From the NCBI GenBank assembly GCA_044344195.1, contig JBIJDL010000003.1, positions 1-43,386 of the forward strand: 43,386 nt of DNA, written 5' to 3'. The number at the start of each line of letters is the position of its first letter. Position 1 is the first letter of the stretch. A program made the translations under genes and the position numbers. Positions 19,401 to 26,165 of this stretch are shown in pieces. The notes beneath the pieces were generated by a model, which saw nothing but the letters and a program-made list of their open reading frames with translations, ran no database searches and was not told the DNA's origin. The DNA comes from Candidatus Hydrogenedentales bacterium. GTDB lineage: Bacteria; Hydrogenedentota; Hydrogenedentia; Hydrogenedentales; JAEUWI01.

Positions 19401-20023
19401 GCGAGGTCCTGATTGGCCGGAAGCAGTTCCTTGCCGGTGAGCGGGCATTTTCCGGGCTCCTCAAAGGCGCGAACGCGTTCCAGTAGTTTCTTCCGGTCCG
19501 CGGGCGCATTTTCCGGGTCGGCGTACCAGGTGTTTTTCTCCTTGTCGTGCCAGAGGCCGCCGGGATGATCGGGAGAGTAGTAGCCGGGATAGAGCACATA
19601 TTGGTAGACCCAGCCCACGCCCGTGGCATCGGGCCCGAGCTTGGGCTCCACGCCCTCCGGGAGACGATCCCGCGCGAAATTCAGGTATTCGAGTACACGA
19701 CTCCGGGCCCAGTAGATGTCGGTGCCGTCCTCGAAGAGAACGTACACGAATGACTGTTCGAACATGCTGAAGCCGCGGACGGCGGTGGAGCCGGGCACGG
19801 ACAGCATGGCGCTGGCGAGGGGATAGGTAACCTGATCGTCCACGACTTGGGGGTTCTGACCGGGGAATTCGGTCGTGACGATGACCTGCACGTCGGAGAG
19901 ATCGGGAATGGCGTCCAGACTGAGGCTGAACACGCTCCAGATACTCATGGCGACCAGCGCGGCGGTCAGCATGACCACCAGGAGCCGGTTTTCCATGGAG
20001 AGACGGATGATGTGGGCGATCAT
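16412..20023 (-). CDS. cusA: CusA/SilA heavy-metal (Cu+/Ag+) efflux RND permease
   Basis: LDAIPDLSDVQVIV, LGPDATGVGWVYQY, LRSLQDW, NIMSLGGIAIAIG, EGDLLYMP, TDPAPLSMIET, RIRPKAMT, RIAAPMIGG. Confidence 0.95.
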   Translation of the reverse strand: MIAHIIRLSMENRLLVVMLTAALVAMSIWSVFSLSLDAIPDLSDVQVIVTTEFPGQNPQVVDDQVTYPLASAMLSVPGSTAVRGFSMFEQSFVYVLFEDGTDIYWARSRVLEYLNFARDRLPEGVEPKLGPDATGVGWVYQYVLYPGYYSPDHPGGLWHDKEKNTWYADPENAPADRKKLLERVRAFEEPGKCPLTGKELLPANQDLAQLRSLQDWYLRYPLTAVDGVSEVAPIGGYVRQYQVVLDPQKLQAYNIPLGDISEAIERSNNDVGGSVVELSENEYMVRSRGYLKGLDDLAKVPVGLGEGGVPVLLGDVATLQIGGEARRGVGEFNGIGEAAGAVIVARFGENAYQVIKDVKQRLFELEDGLPPGVKVIPTYDRSSLINRSIQTLQRTLIEEIIVVGLVCILFLLHARSELVAVFVVPSSVLVALLLMHLFGINANIMSLGGIAIAIGVVVDSAVVMVENGHKHLDREEDAVKRGEAPRPRFDIILEAAQEVGPQLFFSLLIITVSFIPVFALGGEAGRLFHPLAFTKTAAMAAASILSITIIPVLMYYFISARVLPKEWGWRRNLAITLAAMFVPGAILWLAAGYSEEFAPWRLHIAAGWAVLAGMLLVPQRIIHEQHSPISNILQRMYSPLFHFSVRYRWSVVIIAFIALASTWYPMTRLGSEFMPSLDEGDLLYMPTTDPSISVMKSRELLQQTDKMIMTFPEVVSVHGKIGRADSATDPAPLSMIETVVQLNPDREAWRKRTLAQFHDGWPEFLRKPFYRFWPSERPISMEELKYGWIDADGTQHAGLNSACTLPGVANAWPYPIENRINMLATGIKTPVGIKIMGPDLQVLGDLAEQAANAVRNLPGTTSAYAERTLGGYYLDFDIDREVVARYGLTVGDVQDVIQTAIGGMNITTTVEGLERYPLNMRYARELRDDLPALERLLVPAPTGAQIPLGQLAKMQINPGAPMIRSENAQRTAWIYVDVAGRDLGGYIAEARATVAREVKLPPGYTLVFSGQFEFWEKAIPRLLAATVATFVIITLLLYVSSRSWFRVAVIILACPFSMIGVFWFLYMLDYNLSLAVVIGIIALAGLDAETGMVMLLYLDTSYDRFKLEGRMRNSEDLWAAVYDGAVMRIRPKAMTVASAFIGLVPLLWAEGTGADVMRRIAAPMIGGLLVGFLIELVFYPVIYYIYMSISQRHHWTEERSENP

Positions 20024-21807
20024 GGCGCGGCCTCCGCCATGGCCGGGACGGCGCGCTCGACGGTGCCGCATTGTTTCATTTCATCACGATAGTAGGGGTT
20101 GGCGATCTCCTCGCCGGGCTGAATCCATGAGCCGGGGGCCATGGGGCAGTGGATGATGAACAGGTTAGGGGTGACGGCACCGGACGGCGCGAACTGGCCT
20201 GCGATAGCAATCATGGCATCGCTCAGGGGGCCGAACTTCTCGCGCTGCGACTCCAGGGGAAGATCCACCATGGCCTTCGCGGCTTCAAGCAGCGGGGCGG
20301 CTGAGGCCTTCGCGGGATGGGCCTCGTTTGCCGAGAGGGTCTCGACCGCGGCGATAAGGGGTTTGAGATCGAGGGCGGTGTCGCCCGCGGGCAAGGTGCC
20401 GAGCGCGGCGTTCAACTTGAGGTACTCGCTGTAGAGCGCGTCGGTCTCGGCGGAGGTTTCCGTGGCGGCGTCTGCCGGTGCCGATTCGCCCGCCTCGGGT
20501 TGACCGGATTCATTCGTGAGGAACTTCTGCACCGCTTCGCGCAGCCGGCTTTCGGTGTCGAGCAGGAACTGGCCGCTGGTCACGACCCGTTCTCCTTCGT
20601 CGAGCCCCCCGAGGATCGCTACAAGGCCGTCGCTTCCCTGGTGTCCGAGCTGGAGTTCCTTCAACTGGAAGAGCCCGCCACCTTTGTCCGCAAAAGCGAT
20701 CTGTCGGGCGCCCGTGTTGATGACGGCCTCGCGGGGGGCCAGCAGCACATCCTCGCCCAGAATGATATCGAGGCTCGCTGTGGCGTACATGCCAGGACGG
20801 AGCCGCATGCCGGGATTATGAATGGCGAGGCGCGCCGACGTGGTCCGCACTTCCATATCCACATGGGGATAGATGAAGTCGATTACTCCGGTGATGGGTT
20901 CGCCGGGCGCGGCCTCGACCGTGGCGCTCACGGACTGGCCGAGCGCGATGAAGGGCAGGTCCATTTCAAAGAGGGCGATATCCATCCATAGAAGGTCATG
21001 GTCGACGATCTTGAACAGCGTCATGCCCGCTTCCACGCCCGAGCCCTCGGAGATTTCCTTGTCCAACACGTGACCTTCTGCTGTGCTGAGGATGGTCACC
21101 GTGCGCGGCGCTTCGCTCCGGGAGGCGTAGTCGGCGATCTGCTCGCGGGTGAGTCCCCATAGTTCGAGTCGCTTCGCGCTGGTGTTGGCCAGTGCCTGGC
21201 CATGGCCTTCGCGGTTTTTGAGGGAGATCAGCTCGCTGATGGCCTGGTAGATCTCGGGGCTGTACAGTTCGAAGAGGGGATCCTCCGGTTTGATAAACAT
21301 TCCCTCGGTGTTGGCGTGGAGTTTCTCGATCCAGCCCATGACGCGCAGACTCACGTTGTGGACATTGGGCTCGGCCTCGCGGAAGAAGCCAGCGGCCCGG
21401 ATTTCCCGATAGAGTGGGCCACGCTGAACCATGGCGGTGCGCACGCCCATGCTCTGGACCACAGCAGGGTCGATCTGGACCGCGCCGCTGGTGTGGGTCG
21501 TTCCCGCGCCCTGTTTCAGGGGCTCCAGGGCCATGTGGCAGATGGGGCAGACCCCGGGCTCCTTTTGAATGACCTGGGGGTGCATACTGCAGGTCCAGAG
21601 CTGGCCGGTGGTGTCGCTGCCGGGCTGGGCGGCCGGTGGTGAGGTGTTTTCGGTGTGCAGGCCCAGTAGGTGGGCCAGGGAATCGCGCCAGCGCGCGCCC
21701 ACCGCAATACCGACCGCGAGGGCGACCAAAATCAGAAGGAGGGTGATACACCCGGAACGTTGACCGGTGGCCGGGGGAAGGCCGCTGCGGCTTTTTACTT
21801 GACTCAT
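20020..21807 (-). CDS. cusB: CusB-type efflux periplasmic adaptor with N-terminal heavy-metal-binding domain and C-terminal DUF3347-like domain
   Basis: WTCSMHPQV...PGVCPICHMAL; GWIEKL, LYSPE, LRPGMYA, VVTSGQFLLDTESRL; C-terminal HCPMA...W...IANPYY...M..CG. Confidence 0.9.
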   Translation of the reverse strand: MSQVKSRSGLPPATGQRSGCITLLLILVALAVGIAVGARWRDSLAHLLGLHTENTSPPAAQPGSDTTGQLWTCSMHPQVIQKEPGVCPICHMALEPLKQGAGTTHTSGAVQIDPAVVQSMGVRTAMVQRGPLYREIRAAGFFREAEPNVHNVSLRVMGWIEKLHANTEGMFIKPEDPLFELYSPEIYQAISELISLKNREGHGQALANTSAKRLELWGLTREQIADYASRSEAPRTVTILSTAEGHVLDKEISEGSGVEAGMTLFKIVDHDLLWMDIALFEMDLPFIALGQSVSATVEAAPGEPITGVIDFIYPHVDMEVRTTSARLAIHNPGMRLRPGMYATASLDIILGEDVLLAPREAVINTGARQIAFADKGGGLFQLKELQLGHQGSDGLVAILGGLDEGERVVTSGQFLLDTESRLREAVQKFLTNESGQPEAGESAPADAATETSAETDALYSEYLKLNAALGTLPAGDTALDLKPLIAAVETLSANEAHPAKASAAPLLEAAKAMVDLPLESQREKFGPLSDAMIAIAGQFAPSGAVTPNLFIIHCPMAPGSWIQPGEEIANPYYRDEMKQCGTVERAVPAMAEAAP

Positions 21808-21987
21808 AATCCAAGCTCCAGATCGATGGGGATGATCGGGAGAGGGGCCCTGAAAACTCGCTGCCCTTGCAATACCGACTCACGGGTAGCAAGTACTTAA
21901 GCGTAAACGGGGGAACCCTCTCGGGAACGGGCATCGTTGCATGCCATGTACAGGCTCAGCCTGCGGCGGACACGCAGAGAGGAGGGA

Positions 21988-22374
21988 TCAGCAGCGGATA
22001 GACTGAATGAGCAGGATCAACGGCGGGGGAGAGGCCGAATCCTGACGGGCCAGGGCGATTCCATAGCCTTCGGGCATTCTGGGGAGCAACAGCACGCCCA
22101 GGGATGCCGATGCGGTCCAGGCCGGGTGATGATTGTCTTCCGGTCCGGGATTGGCGGGGCGAGAGGCGGCAGGATTGGTTGCGGCTTGATTAACGGTAAT
22201 ATCGCAGCACATCCGCGTGGCGTCCATGATGTCGCACGCAGGCTGGGTTGCACTGGCGCAACAGCACATGCTCGAGACCTCGCCCGACATTCGGCAGGCA
22301 AAGGAAACCGCACCAGCAGCCCAACCGTGGGCCGCGAGAGCAAGAATTAGAGCGATGTGGATAAACTGCTTCAT
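21988..22374 (-). CDS. Small exported Cys-rich protein with C-terminal PPP motif upstream of the metal efflux operon
   Basis: Signal peptide, ACRM...MCCC...C...MCC clusters, HH, and a SASPPPLILLIQSIRC end. Confidence 0.75.
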   Translation of the reverse strand: MKQFIHIALILALAAHGWAAGAVSFACRMSGEVSSMCCCASATQPACDIMDATRMCCDITVNQAATNPAASRPANPGPEDNHHPAWTASASLGVLLLPRMPEGYGIALARQDSASPPPLILLIQSIRC

Positions 22375-22380
22375 GACGCT

Positions 22381-22409
22381 ATTGTAGCAGAGGGTTTGCC
22401 CGGAAGCAA
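22381..22409 (-). promoter_or_regulatory. Sigma70 promoter, probably giving a leaderless mRNA
   Basis: TTGCTT (22409-22404), 17 nt, TACAAT (22386-22381) preceded by TGn; ATG follows 6 nt later with no SD. Confidence 0.7.
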
Positions 22410-22466
22410 TGGGAAGTCACCCATTCGGTCTCCCATTCCCGTTATCCATAGTGAAATAAAGGTTGA

Positions 22467-22786
22467 CCACGGATTGCACGGATAAGCACGGATGAAGTCG
22501 GTGTTTTTTGGCGTCTTGATAGTTGAAGTGACGATACCCACGGCCTCATCTTGATTAGGTGATACAACAGGGCGGCCAGCGTGTCCTTCGTTGAGTTTCC
22601 GTAGCCCTACAGCCCGAGAAGAAAGATTTTTCCACAGATTCTCACGGATCTGCACAGATTAGAGGACGAGATACCAGAGCAGCCCGTTGTGAAGTACGGG
22701 TAGCTGGAAGAAGCTTTTCAAGGTGAGAGCTTGCCAGAGAGAGCAATAATTCTGTCTTATCTGTGCGGATCTGTGAGAATCTGTGG
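22467..22786. repeat. CAC(A/G)GAT repeat family; 155-bp element with 28-bp terminal inverted repeats (22632-22786)
   Basis: ccacagattctcacggatctgcacagat (22632-22659) versus atctgtgcggatctgtgagaatctgtgg (22759-22786), 2 mismatches; a related half-array sits at 22467-22493. Confidence 0.8.
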
Positions 22787-22807
22787 GGGACTCTACTATT
22801 TCAGCCA

Positions 22808-23230
22808 CTAGTCGCTCCCTCCATGTCTGTCGCCACCGCTCTCTGGTGTGTCCTCCGTCTGGTCAGGTGCATCCGCGCGGTAACGATTGCGCTTGTCCGA
22901 ATCATCCGCACACAGCGGCGCGAAACTTCGGTGGTATCGCTTTCCGGGTCGGGGTTTCTCGCGCAACGCCCATCGAACGAGGAAGAAGGCCGCGACTGCG
23001 AAAATTACGATCGATATACTCCCCTCCGCCGAGATCCGGGATTCAAATTGGACTTGGGGCGGGGCTTCGGAGGAATCTGTCGTGGACTGGGCGGCGGCGA
23101 GATGAAACAGGGCACTGTCGCATTCACATACAAGGAGCGTCATCCCAAACAAGGCGGTGGCCATAAAGAAGCGTAGTACCGGACGTCGGAAGCGTCGTTC
23201 TACCGTTGCAAGCGATGTGATACATAGCAT
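22808..23230 (-). CDS. Hypothetical membrane protein (two hydrophobic segments)
   Basis: GGGGAG SD before ATG; hydrophobic stretches FFMATALFGMTLLV and ISIVIFAVAAFFLVRW; acidic tail. Confidence 0.55.
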   Translation of the reverse strand: MLCITSLATVERRFRRPVLRFFMATALFGMTLLVCECDSALFHLAAAQSTTDSSEAPPQVQFESRISAEGSISIVIFAVAAFFLVRWALREKPRPGKRYHRSFAPLCADDSDKRNRYRADAPDQTEDTPESGGDRHGGSD

Positions 23231-23319
23231 GGTATTCTATCTCCCCTGAACAAATCAGATCGGCGGGTATCTCATGGTTGGTGCTCAATACTGGGTTGCA
23301 TTTCTGGGCCCTATTCCCA

Positions 23320-23682
23320 TCACCATCCGCTTCTGTCATCGTCGCCGCCACCATACCATTCATCCCGCGTGCGTTGCTCTTCTTCGGATGCGAAGATGTT
23401 GCCGTGAACGCGATGAGCGACAACGAGCAGTATTGCGATGACCAGTAGAACGACCGAGTAGACGACGAGTGCCCGTCCGAATTGCTCCCATCCGGCGCCC
23501 AATTCGCGGTGTGGTTGGTGCTCATGCTCAGTTGACTGTGCGATTACCTCACCGAGATTTTCGGAAACCATTGGCGTTGCGGTAATTGCGGCCCAGATCG
23601 CCGAAAAGCATACAACTACTGCACGACATACCAAGGCTTTCTTATCGCGTGCACGGGTTTTGTCGGTGTAGCACGTTTTCAT
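23320..23682 (-). CDS. Hypothetical membrane protein (two hydrophobic segments)
   Basis: AVVVCFSAIWAAITA and ALVVYSVVLLVIAILLVVA segments; acidic tail. Confidence 0.55.
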   Translation of the reverse strand: MKTCYTDKTRARDKKALVCRAVVVCFSAIWAAITATPMVSENLGEVIAQSTEHEHQPHRELGAGWEQFGRALVVYSVVLLVIAILLVVAHRVHGNIFASEEEQRTRDEWYGGGDDDRSGW

Positions 23683-23865
23683 CTTGTGCCGCTCGCTTCA
23701 ACTGCCACGCTCGCCCTGGCGATAAGTTCCTGCATGGCGGGTGGTTGGGGGCGAGCGTTCGCTTCGTGAATCATGAGGTTTTCTCCTCCTCGAATGCTCC
23801 CATACTTAGTTGTCGCAGTATACCCGATGGAGAGGAGAAATATTCGAGGGGGCGTGGCGCAATTG

Positions 23866-23936
23866 CAGGGACAGCAGGGACGGTAGGTAATCAGGTGCTT
23901 CATTACCTGTTGTCCCTGCCGTCTCTGTCGTCCCTG
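23866..23936. repeat. Imperfect hairpin built from CAGGGACAG 9-mers, downstream of the symporter
   Basis: cagggacagcagggacggtaggtaat, 10-nt loop, attacctgttgtccctgccgtctctgtcgtccctg. Confidence 0.7.
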
Positions 23937-23951
23937 TAAACTCGCAGGCGT

Positions 23952-25772
23952 CTAAAACAACTTCTCCACATAGACCCGGTCCCCGTCCTTGAGGTGGGCG
24001 GAGGCCATAAACTCGGGGGCCATGCGGGCGGTGGTACCACTACCGGACTCCGCCGCCTTGAGGTGAATGCTGTGGAGACCGCCGAGCCACCAGCGCTGGT
24101 CGCAGACATAGAGCAAATCGCCGGGATCGGCGGCGAGGGTGCTGAGGTGTTCGCTCGAGAGCTGGACCACCTCGTGTCCTTCGAGGGCGGGATCGGATTC
24201 GACCGTGAGGTAAACGAGCTTGCCCTCGCGGCGATTTATCTTGCCGCCCTTGAACTGCTCCATCGCATAGAGCTGGGTGCCGTTGACGAGACCGGCAATG
24301 GCCTCGATGGGCTGGGGACGTGTCGCGAGCGCGACCACTACGCCGAGGGTGCCGCTGGCAACCAGGCCAAAAATGGCACGGGTGAAGCCATAGCTGTCGG
24401 GGCCCATGCCGAAGGAGAAGTGGCGCAAGATCAGGGCATCGAAAGGTGCCACGCTTGAGATGAAAACCAATGCGCTGCCGCCGATTAAGGTGGCCAACAC
24501 GGCGGGGGCGTTGTAGCGCTTCCAGAGGATGCCCAGGAGGATCGCCATGACGATGGGGGGCGTGATGGCGGCGGTGAATTTCGCGTGGGCCTGATAGACC
24601 GTGTCGCCCTGAAAAACGGGCACGAGGGCGAGGCCGATGGCCGCCACGGAGAGGCTGGAAATCCGCGCCACGTGGAGGTAGTGCCGGTCCGGCGCGATCT
24701 TGCGGATGTAGGGCTTGTAGATGTCGTTCACAAACACGGCGCTGGAGGCATTGATCAGCGTGTCCGCCGTGCTCATGAGGGCCGCCATGAGTGCCGCAAG
24801 GACAAAACCGAAGACGCCGGGGCCGCAGAGAAAGTGGGAGGCGAGGATGAAGGCGTCGTTCGCTTTCGCTTCGAGTTCGCCATTCTCCACCAGCGCCCGG
24901 GCCACCCAGCCGCCGCCGCTCACGGTGATGGCGGCGAGGGGCGACAGGATAAGAATCCAGCATATGGCCATTTTCTGGCCGTCCTTCACGCTGCGCATGG
25001 CCAGGAAGCGCATGATGATGCCCTGGTTCATGAGCACGAAGGCACCCGAGTTTGCGAGGCCATCCTGGCCGTAGATCCCGATGAAGCTGAACTTGTCGGG
25101 CCTGTTGAATTCGGAGAAAATATAGCGGTGCGACTCGGGCAGCAGGGCCCAGAAATCCACGAAGCCGCCAACATGGGCCACGCCGGCGAGGAAGATGCCC
25201 ACGCCGACGATCAGGAGCGTGATGCCCTGGACGAGGTCGGTCATGATGACCGAAGTCTGGCCACCGGCGAAAACATAAAAGGTTACGGCAACACACGCGA
25301 GGGCGGCCCCGGCGAGGATGTTCCAGCCGACCATGGTGTTGAGGGCGACGCCCAACGTGAGGAGGTTGATGCCCACATACCCCACGAGATAGATGAGAAT
25401 GATGGTCGTCGCCACGGCCCGGGGGATGCGTCCGAAGCGCCGCTCGAAGTATTCCGGCACCGAATAGACCCGCTGGTAGTAGATAATGGGCAGCCATATC
25501 AGCAGAAGAATGGGCATCCAGAACCAGTCATTCAAATAGGACTGGCTGCTGCTAATGCCGTAGGTGAATCCGGCTTCACTGTATTTTACGAAGCTGTAAC
25601 TGCCAACCGTCGTCGCGGTGGCGGAAAACGCAATGACCCACCAGGCGAAGCGCTGGCCGCCGAGGTAGAAATCTTTGGTGGTGGTGCTGTACTTACCGAA
25701 GAAGACGCCGAAGCCAACGACGGCGACGAAGTAGATCAGCAGAACCGCGACATCGAGGGGACTCCCTATCAT
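23952..25772 (-). CDS. Sodium:solute symporter (SSS/SLC5) family protein with extra C-terminal soluble domain
   Basis: DFYLGGQRFAWW, SVPEYFERRFG, YVFAGGQTSVIMTDLVQG, LAALMAALMSTADTLINASSAVFVNDIY; multiple TM helices. Confidence 0.92.
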   Translation of the reverse strand: MIGSPLDVAVLLIYFVAVVGFGVFFGKYSTTTKDFYLGGQRFAWWVIAFSATATTVGSYSFVKYSEAGFTYGISSSQSYLNDWFWMPILLLIWLPIIYYQRVYSVPEYFERRFGRIPRAVATTIILIYLVGYVGINLLTLGVALNTMVGWNILAGAALACVAVTFYVFAGGQTSVIMTDLVQGITLLIVGVGIFLAGVAHVGGFVDFWALLPESHRYIFSEFNRPDKFSFIGIYGQDGLANSGAFVLMNQGIIMRFLAMRSVKDGQKMAICWILILSPLAAITVSGGGWVARALVENGELEAKANDAFILASHFLCGPGVFGFVLAALMAALMSTADTLINASSAVFVNDIYKPYIRKIAPDRHYLHVARISSLSVAAIGLALVPVFQGDTVYQAHAKFTAAITPPIVMAILLGILWKRYNAPAVLATLIGGSALVFISSVAPFDALILRHFSFGMGPDSYGFTRAIFGLVASGTLGVVVALATRPQPIEAIAGLVNGTQLYAMEQFKGGKINRREGKLVYLTVESDPALEGHEVVQLSSEHLSTLAADPGDLLYVCDQRWWLGGLHSIHLKAAESGSGTTARMAPEFMASAHLKDGDRVYVEKLF

Positions 25773-25996
25773 GGGGTGGCCTCCCCGCCGACGAAGGGCA
25801 GCCAGAAGGTAAAAGCGCACGAGAAGAGGAGGAGGAGGGCGTAGCCGCCGAGCAGGACGCCCAGTAGCTTGCGATGGTCGCCCAACTTCAGGTCCAGGTA
25901 GCCGCTGGAAAGACCGGCCCACAGCCCCACGAGCCCCAGTATCCCGCCAATGCCAAACTGGCACACAATGGGCCAGACCCGCGCCATATCGACCAT
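25769..25996 (-). CDS. Small 2-TM protein translationally coupled to the symporter
   Basis: GGAGAGG SD; 75 aa, two hydrophobic helices; ATGA overlap with the symporter start. Confidence 0.75.
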   Translation of the reverse strand: MVDMARVWPIVCQFGIGGILGLVGLWAGLSSGYLDLKLGDHRKLLGVLLGGYALLLLFSCAFTFWLPFVGGEATP

Positions 25997-26129
25997 AGTG
26001 AAAGTTCCTCTCCGCGTCACTCGGTGGTAGTGGGATTCGTCGCAGGGGGGAAGGGGCTCTCTCCCTGTTTCCACGACCCGGCTCGGGCGATGGTAGCAGA
26101 TGGAGGCGCGGCATCGTCAACCCGCGCCA

Positions 26130-26158
26130 TTGCGCGCTCCGAGTCGCTTCCCTATAAT
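26130..26158 (+). promoter_or_regulatory. Sigma70 promoter, probably leaderless
   Basis: TTGCGC (26130-26135), 17 nt, TATAAT (26153-26158); ATG at 26166 with no SD. Confidence 0.65.
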
Positions 26159-26165
26159 CACCGCC

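Noticed and set aside
22467-22786. CRISPR array
   Set aside because: Repeats are short tandem or inverted units without regular unique spacers, and no cas genes are present.
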